Part shown: piece after piece, positions 39,627-47,560 of the stretch
Layout: each line of letters opens with the position of its first letter
Position numbering within the stretch: the stretch's first letter is position 1
From: a virus
Reading direction: 5' to 3' (one strand)
DNA length: 64,000 nucleotides
Virus record (IMG/VR): IMGVR_UViG_3300027754_000045
Coordinates: 64,001-128,000 of that record
Translations under genes and position numbers: made by a program
Notes under the pieces: generated by a model
What the model was told of the DNA's origin: nothing
Database searches by the model: none
Seen by the model: the letters and a program-made list of their open reading frames with translations, nothing else

Positions 39627-39887
39627 ATGAGCACAGAATACACAGCAGAAGATACAGCAGGACACATTCAAGGATTACAGGATGTGGCGAATCTGATTCA
39701 GATCATTATTGCAGGAAACTATCCTGCGAATACTATTAATCCTGAATCGCCCACCACTCTTATGGGGCGACAGACTGGACATATTCGCATCATGCTTGCG
39801 ATGCCCCATATTCAAGCATCGGGTGTGGATCTGAGCTCATTTGAAACCGCTGCCGATGACGGTGAAGCCTGGGCAAATTCTCAATAA
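39627..39887 (+). CDS. Small hypothetical protein
   Basis: MSTEYTAED...; ATG 5 nt after CTATATA, a late-promoter-like element. Confidence 0.55.
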   Translation: MSTEYTAEDTAGHIQGLQDVANLIQIIIAGNYPANTINPESPTTLMGRQTGHIRIMLAMPHIQASGVDLSSFETAADDGEAWANSQ

Positions 39888-39894
39888 TTTTTAC

Positions 39895-39922
39895 TTGACT
39901 TTTCCTTTTCCTGGGGTATATT
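39895..39922 (+). promoter_or_regulatory. Sigma70-type promoter TTGACT-N16-TATATT
   Basis: Intergenic, at the head of the DNA polymerase operon. Confidence 0.7.
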
Positions 39923-39967
39923 TGATTTAGTGTTTGCTAGACATTAAACCAACCAAAGGAAAATACT

Positions 39968-40450
39968 ATGAATCGTGAAGATCTGCTCAATATCCATGAA
40001 ACCCTTACTCGCCGTGCTCGTGAACTAATGGACAAGAAAAATCGTGACTATGCAGGAAAAGGAGGAATTGAACCATTTGCTAATTTTACAAGAGTAGAAT
40101 CGATGGGTATTTGTAGCACCGAACAAGGATTTCTTTGTAGACTTACTGATAAGATGAGTCGTCTTTCTTCGTTTGCAGAAAGCGGTAAACTTGCAGTGGA
40201 AAATGAATCATTTGAGGACACAATTATTGATGTTATCAATTACATGGTTCTGTTCTATGCCTATCTTCAAGACAAGACAAGCAAGGGAAATTCTTCAGAA
40301 TATAATCCTACACAATTAATTCCCCAACAACTATTAAACGAAGCAGTAAAGAAATTCAACCGAGAATACCAAATGGAAATTGAAAAAACTATTAATGATA
40401 ATGCCGCTATGTTCGGAGATGTACGCCTTCCAACTACCAATCATAAATGA
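39968..40450 (+). CDS. DUF1599 / nucleotide-modification-associated (MazG-like helical) protein
   Basis: KKNRDYAG...PFANF...RLTDKMSRL...ESFEDTIIDVINY. Confidence 0.7.
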   Translation: MNREDLLNIHETLTRRARELMDKKNRDYAGKGGIEPFANFTRVESMGICSTEQGFLCRLTDKMSRLSSFAESGKLAVENESFEDTIIDVINYMVLFYAYLQDKTSKGNSSEYNPTQLIPQQLLNEAVKKFNREYQMEIEKTINDNAAMFGDVRLPTTNHK

Positions 40451-43020
40451 GTGAATTCTATACCTCGGTTCATCTTGTCGGAAACGACATTAAAGAAATC
40501 TATTACTGTAACGGAAAGCGAAGCACGAGAAGTATTCGATTCCAGCCCACACTATTCACTCCTTCCCTGAAGCGTGACGTAGAGTGGCATACACTAGAAG
40601 GAATTCCGCTTGAATCCTATAAACCTGGAGATGTGGCTGACTGTAGAGAGGTGTTTACCACATACGAGAATGTTGAAAACTTTCAGATATACGGCAACGA
40701 GGATTATGTTGCCCAGTATATTGCGGAACGATACTCTGGAGAAATTCCTTATAATTATTCAGATCTGCGTGTTGCATTTCTAGACATTGAAACTGAGTGT
40801 GAAAACGGATTTCCTTCTCTAACCGAGTACAATGAGCGAGTGAGTGCTATTACTGTGGAGATGGACGGTGTTCGCCATTCGTTTGCCATTCACGACTTCA
40901 GTATTCCTGATGTAGAATGTCATGTGTTTGGGGACGAACAAGATATGCTTGAAAGTTTTGTGGAGTACTGGGAACAGAATTATCCTGACATTGTGACTGG
41001 ATGGAATATTCGATTCTTTGATATTCCGTATCTCTATGGTCGCATCGCCAAAATCATAGACCAAAAGACTGCGAAGCGATTGTCTCCGTTTCGTCAAGTG
41101 CGTGAGCGAATAATTAATCGCAAGGGCAAGGATCATAACGTATACGACTTGGTTGGTGTTGCCACCATGGATTACTATGAGTTGTACATTAAATTTACCT
41201 ACACGAATCAAGAGTCGTACAGCCTGAATAATATTGCCAGCGTGGAACTGGGAGAAGCCAAGACCAATTACGAAGAGTATGATGGTATCAAGGATTTCTA
41301 CACCAAGGATTGGCAGAAGTTCATGGAGTACAACAACCAAGACGTTGTGTTGGTGCAGCGACTGGACAAGAAATTAAAATTGATGGAACTGGTTGTGGCA
41401 ATGGCATACAACGCCAAGGTTAATTTCATGGACATCTTTTCTCAGGTTAAGACTTGGGACTCTATTATCTACCACCATCTGAACGATAAAAAGATTGCGA
41501 TTCCTCTAAAAGTTTCAGGAGAAGAACAAGACACGCAGTTTCAGGGAGCGTATGTTAAAGAACCTATAGTGGGTCTGCACGAATGGGTAGTGGCATTCGA
41601 TTTGGATAGTCTGTATCCTCACTTAATTATTAATTATAATATGTCTCCAGAGACCAAGCACAAGATGGGTAAACGAAATACCCTGAAGCCTGAAGACATT
41701 CTACACCCAGAATCGTATGATGCCCAAACAAACTTTATTCGCCTAGAAGATCACCAGAAGTTTGCCAAAGAAAATAACATTGCTATTACTTCTAACGGCA
41801 TCTATTTCAAAAGAGAGAAGCAAGGCTTTCTTCCTGAACTGATGGAAACCATGTATTCAGAGCGAAAGATGTACAAGGAAAAGATGTTGGACTGCAAGGC
41901 AGAACTTAAAAGTCTGCCTAGCACAGCAACTAAGAAGGAACGAGAACTTCTAGAGTACAAGATCTCCAAGTATAATAATTTTCAGTTGTGTCGCAAGATT
42001 CAACTTAACTCCGCTTACGGTGCTGTTGGAAACCGATGGTTTCGCTATTACGATCTAGATATCGCAGAAGCAATCACCATTTCTGGGCAGTTAAGTATTC
42101 GTTGGATCGAGAAAGCCCTGAACGAGTTTGTCAACAAGATGGTTGGCACCACAGGAAAAGACTACGTGGTAGCATCAGATACCGATTCCATCTATCTGTG
42201 TCTTGATAAGGTGGTGCAGAAAGTTTTTGCTGGCAAAAAACCATCCCAAGAACGAATTGCAGAAGTAATACAAAAGATTTGCGAAGACAAGATTGAGCCT
42301 TATATTGAAGCCAAATATCAAGAACTTGCCAATACCATGAATGCCTACAAGCAAAAGATGCACATGAAGCGAGAGTCTATCTCAACCAAGGGTATTTGGA
42401 CTGCCAAGAAACGATACATGCTGAACAACATCATGGGCGAAGACGGAGTATTATTAAAGATTTCTGAACTAAAGATGGTTGGTATCGAGACGGCAAGGAG
42501 TTCTACACCACTAATGGTGCGTACAGCACTGAAGACTGCTATTAGTATTATTATGAACAAGACGGAATTAGATGTTCAGGAATTTGCAGAAGATTTCAGA
42601 AATAAATTTAATAAGGCTTCCATACAGGATATTGCGTTTCCTCGCAGCGTGTCTGGACTAGATCGATACGAATGTACTACCGCAGTATACAAGAAGGGAA
42701 CTCCTATTGCGGTAAAGGCATCCCTGTTATTTAATGATTATTTGGAAAAGAATAATCTAGAGAAAAAATACAGAAAAATTGCGGAAGCAGATAAAATTAA
42801 ATTTATCTACTTGAAGGAACCTAATCCGTTCTCTATAGTAAGCGGAAAAGAACAAGTAATTGCATTTATGCAGCATATTCCTAAGGAACTCCACCTAGAT
42901 AAGTATGTGAATCGAGACCTACAATTCGAGAAATCTTTCAAAGATCCCTTGACAAGGATTCTAGATGTGATACAATGGAGTGTAGAGAAAATTAGTACCT
43001 TGGAGAGTTGTTTTGAATGA
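40447..43020 (+). CDS. gp43: Family B DNA polymerase gp43
   Basis: ExoI LDIETE, GWNIRFFDIPY, FDLDSLYP, KIQLNSAYG, SDTDSIY, KKRY. Confidence 0.97.
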   Translation: MSEFYTSVHLVGNDIKEIYYCNGKRSTRSIRFQPTLFTPSLKRDVEWHTLEGIPLESYKPGDVADCREVFTTYENVENFQIYGNEDYVAQYIAERYSGEIPYNYSDLRVAFLDIETECENGFPSLTEYNERVSAITVEMDGVRHSFAIHDFSIPDVECHVFGDEQDMLESFVEYWEQNYPDIVTGWNIRFFDIPYLYGRIAKIIDQKTAKRLSPFRQVRERIINRKGKDHNVYDLVGVATMDYYELYIKFTYTNQESYSLNNIASVELGEAKTNYEEYDGIKDFYTKDWQKFMEYNNQDVVLVQRLDKKLKLMELVVAMAYNAKVNFMDIFSQVKTWDSIIYHHLNDKKIAIPLKVSGEEQDTQFQGAYVKEPIVGLHEWVVAFDLDSLYPHLIINYNMSPETKHKMGKRNTLKPEDILHPESYDAQTNFIRLEDHQKFAKENNIAITSNGIYFKREKQGFLPELMETMYSERKMYKEKMLDCKAELKSLPSTATKKERELLEYKISKYNNFQLCRKIQLNSAYGAVGNRWFRYYDLDIAEAITISGQLSIRWIEKALNEFVNKMVGTTGKDYVVASDTDSIYLCLDKVVQKVFAGKKPSQERIAEVIQKICEDKIEPYIEAKYQELANTMNAYKQKMHMKRESISTKGIWTAKKRYMLNNIMGEDGVLLKISELKMVGIETARSSTPLMVRTALKTAISIIMNKTELDVQEFAEDFRNKFNKASIQDIAFPRSVSGLDRYECTTAVYKKGTPIAVKASLLFNDYLEKNNLEKKYRKIAEADKIKFIYLKEPNPFSIVSGKEQVIAFMQHIPKELHLDKYVNRDLQFEKSFKDPLTRILDVIQWSVEKISTLESCFE
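42949..42976 (+). promoter_or_regulatory. Sigma70-type promoter TTGACA-N16-TACAAT inside the gp43 3' end
   Basis: TG-A-TACAAT extended -10; upstream of uvsX. Confidence 0.6.
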
Positions 43021-43136
43021 TAACAACAGAGTTTGTTTGTGCCACAATTATTTTTGTTTTATTCTGTTGTTTGGCTATTATTGGATTTTGTGAAACGGTT
43101 GAAGAAATTAAAAGAGAAATAAAAGGAAAAAAATGA
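43017..43136 (+). CDS. 39-aa single-pass membrane peptide
   Basis: [39 protein letters not shown]; ATGA overlaps with both gp43 and uvsX. Confidence 0.6.
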   Translation: MITTEFVCATIIFVLFCCLAIIGFCETVEEIKREIKGKK

Positions 43137-44149
43137 GCTTTTTAAACGATATTATTAAAAATTCAGGTAATGAATACGCTTGCACGGTGGAAGACGGTAT
43201 TGACGGCAGTGATGTTAAGGGTTTTATTGATACAGGCAGTTACGCATTTAATGCTTTGGTGAGCGGTTCCCTATACGGAGGAATCCCAAACAATAAGATT
43301 ATTGCTTTGGCTGGTGAGTCTGCCACAGGCAAGACCTACTTTGCTATTGGCATGGTGAAGCGATTCCTGGAAAATAATAAAGATGCTGTGGTTCTTTACT
43401 TTGATACGGAACAAGCCGTAACTTCAGACATGTTTATCAGTCGTGGTATTGATGCTAAGCGTGTGGCTATCTTTCCTGTAGCGACTGTGGAAGAGTTTCG
43501 CAAGCAACTTATCACTATTGCCGACAAGTACCTAGAGCAAGATATCGCCAAACGAAAGCCTATGATGGTTGTGTTAGACTCTCTGGGAATGTTGTCTACA
43601 AGCAAGGAAATCAACGACACAACAGAAGGCAAGGAAGTGCGAGATATGACTCGTGCTCAAGTTATCAAGAGTACATTCCGTGTGCTTACCTTGAAACTGG
43701 GTAAGGCAGGAATTCCTCTTATCATGACTAATCACACCTACGATGTTATTGGATCTTATGTTCCAATGAAGGAAATGGGCGGAGGTTCAGGTCTCAAGTA
43801 TGCTGCATCCACCATTGTATTCTTGTCAAAGAAGAAGGACAAGGATTCAGAAGGTCAGGTTATTGGCAACATTATTCACTGCAAGTTATACAAGAGTCGC
43901 CTAACCAAAGAGAATCAAATGATTGATGTTCGACTAAATTACGACAGCGGCTTAAATCTTTATTACGGATTACTTGACTTAGCTCTAAAGCATGGTATAT
44001 TTAAGAAGGTCTCAACTCGCATTGAACTTCCTAACGGAGACAAGACTTTCGAGAAGACCATTAACGATGATCCAGAGAAGTTTTTTACCCCAGACGTAAT
44101 GGCACAATTAGAACTTGCAGCAGCAAAAGAATTTAAATACGGTCAATAA
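43133..44149 (+). CDS. uvsX: RecA-like recombinase UvsX
   Basis: [42 protein letters not shown]. Confidence 0.95.
   Translation: MSFLNDIIKNSGNEYACTVEDGIDGSDVKGFIDTGSYAFNALVSGSLYGGIPNNKIIALAGESATGKTYFAIGMVKRFLENNKDAVVLYFDTEQAVTSDMFISRGIDAKRVAIFPVATVEEFRKQLITIADKYLEQDIAKRKPMMVVLDSLGMLSTSKEINDTTEGKEVRDMTRAQVIKSTFRVLTLKLGKAGIPLIMTNHTYDVIGSYVPMKEMGGGSGLKYAASTIVFLSKKKDKDSEGQVIGNIIHCKLYKSRLTKENQMIDVRLNYDSGLNLYYGLLDLALKHGIFKKVSTRIELPNGDKTFEKTINDDPEKFFTPDVMAQLELAAAKEFKYGQ
43974..44001 (+). promoter_or_regulatory. Sigma70-type promoter TTGACT-N16-TATATT inside uvsX
   Basis: TG-G-TATATT extended -10; upstream of gp41. Confidence 0.5.
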
Positions 44150-44152
44150 AAT

Positions 44153-45556
44153 ATGAAAGATTTTGAGCATGTCCTTTTAGAAGGACTTCTCTTTCGAGAA
44201 GACTTCTACAAGAAAGTTATTCCATTCATTAGTTTGGAATACTTTCATCGAAACCCAGTGCAGATGTTGTACACCTGCATTCACGACTTTGTTATTCAGT
44301 ATAACAGTTGTCCTTCAAAAGAGGCAATCAGTATCTGTCTAGAAAAGCATAAGGGTATCAGTCAGGCAGACTATGATATCTGCATTGAGATGCTAGAGTC
44401 GTTTCAAAAAGAAGAAGCAGACAAACACAACATTGATTGGTTGGTGGAAGAAACCGAGAAGTTTTGTAAGGAGAAGGCTCTCTACAACGGCATCATGGAA
44501 TCTATTCACATCATTGACGGCAAGAGCAAGGACAAGACCAAGACGGCTATTCCTGACATCTTGAGCAAGGCTTTGTCTGTATCTTTTGACACACATATCG
44601 GACACGACTACCTAGAGGATACTGAACTTCGATACGATTTCTATCACAAGGTAGAGCAACGAGTTCCGTTTGATCTAGAGTACTTGAATACGATTACTGC
44701 GGGTGGAACACCAAACAAGACGCTTAATATTGTCATGGCTGGAACTGGTGTAGGTAAGTCTTTGTTCTTGTGTCATCATGCGGCTAACTGTATCTCGCAG
44801 GGCAAGAATGTTCTCTACATTACTTGTGAAATGGCAGAAGAAAGAATTGCAGAACGCATTGACGCAAATCTATTGGATACTACACTTGATTCCTTGCGTG
44901 ATCTCAGCAAAGAGGTCTACGACAAAAGAATTGATAACATGAAGCAAACGGTCAAGGGTAAACTTATTATCAAAGAGTATCCTACTGCAAGTTCTAGTGT
45001 GAATCATTTTCGTGTCCTGTTGGATGAGTTGTGGCTGAAGAAGAAGTTTAAGCCTGATGTAATTTTTATAGATTATTTAAACATCTGTGCATCCTCTAGA
45101 ATGAAGCAGGGCGCAAATGTAAACTCATACACCTACATCAAAGCCATTGCAGAAGAACTACGAGGATTAGCCACAGAACGAAACGTTCCTATCTGGTCAG
45201 CCACGCAGGTTAATCGTATTGGCTTTGGTAATTCAGATTTTGGTCTGGAAGACACCAGCGAATCGTTTGGTCTTCCTGCTACTGCTGACTTTATGATTGC
45301 CTTGATTGCCACAGAACGCCTAGATGAGATCAATCAAATTATGGTTAAACAGTTAAAGAATCGATACAACGACACCGTGGCTAATCGTAAGTTTGTGCTT
45401 GGTATCAATCGATCCAAGATGAAGTTGTACGACATTCCAAAGTCGGAACAGCCTCAGTTATCGGACAGCAATCCACAAGATGCTCCTGATAATGATGAAG
45501 ATCGATTTAACAGTAAGTTCAAGAAATCAAGTAAGTTTACAGGATGGAAAGTATGA
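44153..45556 (+). CDS. gp41: Replicative helicase gp41
   Basis: AGTGVGKS, ITCEMAEE, IDYLNIC, SATQVNR, SESFGLPATAD, KQLKNRY. Confidence 0.95.
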   Translation: MKDFEHVLLEGLLFREDFYKKVIPFISLEYFHRNPVQMLYTCIHDFVIQYNSCPSKEAISICLEKHKGISQADYDICIEMLESFQKEEADKHNIDWLVEETEKFCKEKALYNGIMESIHIIDGKSKDKTKTAIPDILSKALSVSFDTHIGHDYLEDTELRYDFYHKVEQRVPFDLEYLNTITAGGTPNKTLNIVMAGTGVGKSLFLCHHAANCISQGKNVLYITCEMAEERIAERIDANLLDTTLDSLRDLSKEVYDKRIDNMKQTVKGKLIIKEYPTASSSVNHFRVLLDELWLKKKFKPDVIFIDYLNICASSRMKQGANVNSYTYIKAIAEELRGLATERNVPIWSATQVNRIGFGNSDFGLEDTSESFGLPATADFMIALIATERLDEINQIMVKQLKNRYNDTVANRKFVLGINRSKMKLYDIPKSEQPQLSDSNPQDAPDNDEDRFNSKFKKSSKFTGWKV

Positions 45557-46584
45557 GTATATACATCGACAAAAAGTTTGTTAATTTTGTAGGAGCAAGC
45601 CTAGAAAAGTTTGCTTGGAAGAAGGATACTCTTGCTTCTTGTCGCTGTCCTATCTGCGGAGACTCCTCTAAAAATAAAAACAAAACTAGAGGATTCTTCT
45701 TTGTTAACAAGAATAAATACTTCTACAAGTGTCACAATTGTGGTGTTTCGTGTAACTTGTACGGATTCCTAGAGAAAGTTTCTCCTTCTTTGTGTAAGGA
45801 GTATTCGCTAGAAGTCTGGAAGGATGGAGACGGACTAAAACCAAAAAAGAAAACAGAACCAGTAGTGGCTATTAAAAAAATAAAGAAAAAGTATACAATA
45901 GAGTTGCCTTCAGTATCAGAACTTCCACCAAACCACCCATGCAGAACATTTGTGGAACTTAGAAAGATTCCTAGAACCGCATGGAAGTATCTGTACTATG
46001 CAGAAGACTTTGGAACATGGGCAAGAACAATTAACTCGGAATCTGCAGAGGCACTAGAGCAGAGTTCTCGTCTAGTTATTCCTATTGTGAACGAAAAGGG
46101 TGAAATGGTTGGAGCACAAGGCAGAGCCCTTAGTGTTACTGGTGATCGCAATGCTCGTAAGACTGCTCGATACATCACCATCAAGACAGAAGGTCAGGAA
46201 CACAAGGGATGGTTTGGTTTGGATCGTGTAGATACTGGAACCATCTATGTGGTAGAAGGTCCGCTGGATTCTCTATTCATTCCTAATTGTGTTGCAATGA
46301 TTGGTCTTAGTGATGCCCTAAATGTTCCAAGTCATTTGAAATCTAGATCTCTTGTGTATCTTATAGATAATGAACCAAGGAACGAGGCAGTAGTGATAAC
46401 GATAGGAAAACTATTAGATCAAGACAAGAAAGTTTGTATTTGGCCTGATCATATCAAACATAAGGATTTAAATGATATGATCATGGCTGGTATGTCTGAA
46501 AAAGAATTAATAAAAACTATTAAGGAAAATACTGTGTCTGGTCTATCAGGAAAAATCAAATTCAACAACTGGAAAAAAATATGA
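45553..46584 (+). CDS. gp61: DNA primase gp61
   Basis: CPICGDS...CHNC zinc finger, VVEGPLDSLF, DNEPRN, KDLNDM. Confidence 0.95.
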   Translation: MSIYIDKKFVNFVGASLEKFAWKKDTLASCRCPICGDSSKNKNKTRGFFFVNKNKYFYKCHNCGVSCNLYGFLEKVSPSLCKEYSLEVWKDGDGLKPKKKTEPVVAIKKIKKKYTIELPSVSELPPNHPCRTFVELRKIPRTAWKYLYYAEDFGTWARTINSESAEALEQSSRLVIPIVNEKGEMVGAQGRALSVTGDRNARKTARYITIKTEGQEHKGWFGLDRVDTGTIYVVEGPLDSLFIPNCVAMIGLSDALNVPSHLKSRSLVYLIDNEPRNEAVVITIGKLLDQDKKVCIWPDHIKHKDLNDMIMAGMSEKELIKTIKENTVSGLSGKIKFNNWKKI

Positions 46585-46817
46585 AAGAAATAGATTTCGA
46601 ATCAGAAGATGCTGCTTTAATTTTTTGTTTTCTTTTAATAGAATATGTAAAAGGAACTGACCCAGAATTATTTAAAAAAGCTCATGCCTATGCTAAAGAT
46701 AATACTGGCATTGATATAACAAATTTTGAAATTGATCTTGATGATATTGACGACGACGAAGACAACGACGACGATGAAGAAGAAGATTTTGAGGACGACG
46801 ATGAAGAAGAAGATTAA
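46581..46817 (+). CDS. Small protein with very acidic C-terminal tail
   Basis: 78 aa ending in a D/E run; ATGA-coupled to primase. Confidence 0.65.
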   Translation: MKEIDFESEDAALIFCFLLIEYVKGTDPELFKKAHAYAKDNTGIDITNFEIDLDDIDDDEDNDDDEEEDFEDDDEEED

Positions 46818-47535
46818 AGTTTTAGACTACGGACATGTTGAGTATGTCGAGCACATGGGAAGTGACCTTACTGTGGTTAATGCTGCTCGTGTATCATTCA
46901 ACAAAGAAAGTGAATGGGACATAGACGAACAGGCAAAACAAAGGTTAACCGCTAGTGAATCCGCATACTATGAAAGCGATCTTCATGTTTTGTCTAGTAA
47001 AGATATAAAATTAATTAGTTACCTAGCAAAGCATCAACACTGGACACCATTTGCTCATCCTCAAATCACACTAAGAGTCAAGGCACCTATCTTTATAAGA
47101 ACACAATTGTTTAAGCATAAAGTAGGAATGGTAGAGAACGAAATGTCACGACGATACGTTACAGATACACCAGAGTTCTATACTCCTACTTGGAGAAACG
47201 CTCCAATCAACGGAGCAAAGCAGGGAAGTTATGAGTTTGTTGATCCAGTATTGAGTATGGAACTAGATCATATGAACGAACGTATCATTGAAAGTGCACT
47301 ACACACATACAAATATTTACTGGAGAATGGTGTGGCACCAGAACAAGCACGTGCCATTCTTCCACAAAGCACGTACACCGAATGGTGGTGGACTGGATCG
47401 CTGTCTGCATATGCTCGTATATTTAAACAACGATCAGATGCTCATTCGCAATGGGAAGTTCAACAATATGCTTCTGCTATTGGAGAAATAATTGAACCAT
47501 TGTTTACTAACTCTTGGAACGTTCTCACTAAATAA
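46801..47535 (+). CDS. thyX: Flavin-dependent thymidylate synthase
   Basis: VVNAARVSF, HWTPF, KHK...EMSRRY (variant of RHRx7SxR), APEQARAILP, HSQWE; start at ATG 46801 after GAGG. Confidence 0.92.
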   Translation: MKKKIKVLDYGHVEYVEHMGSDLTVVNAARVSFNKESEWDIDEQAKQRLTASESAYYESDLHVLSSKDIKLISYLAKHQHWTPFAHPQITLRVKAPIFIRTQLFKHKVGMVENEMSRRYVTDTPEFYTPTWRNAPINGAKQGSYEFVDPVLSMELDHMNERIIESALHTYKYLLENGVAPEQARAILPQSTYTEWWWTGSLSAYARIFKQRSDAHSQWEVQQYASAIGEIIEPLFTNSWNVLTK

Positions 47536-47560
47536 TTTATAAATTAAAAGGAAACTTATC

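Noticed and set aside
34727-39887. Diversity-generating retroelement or invertible fibre cassette
   Set aside because: No reverse transcriptase or invertase in the window; no adenine-specific template/variable repeat pair or inverted repeats noticed
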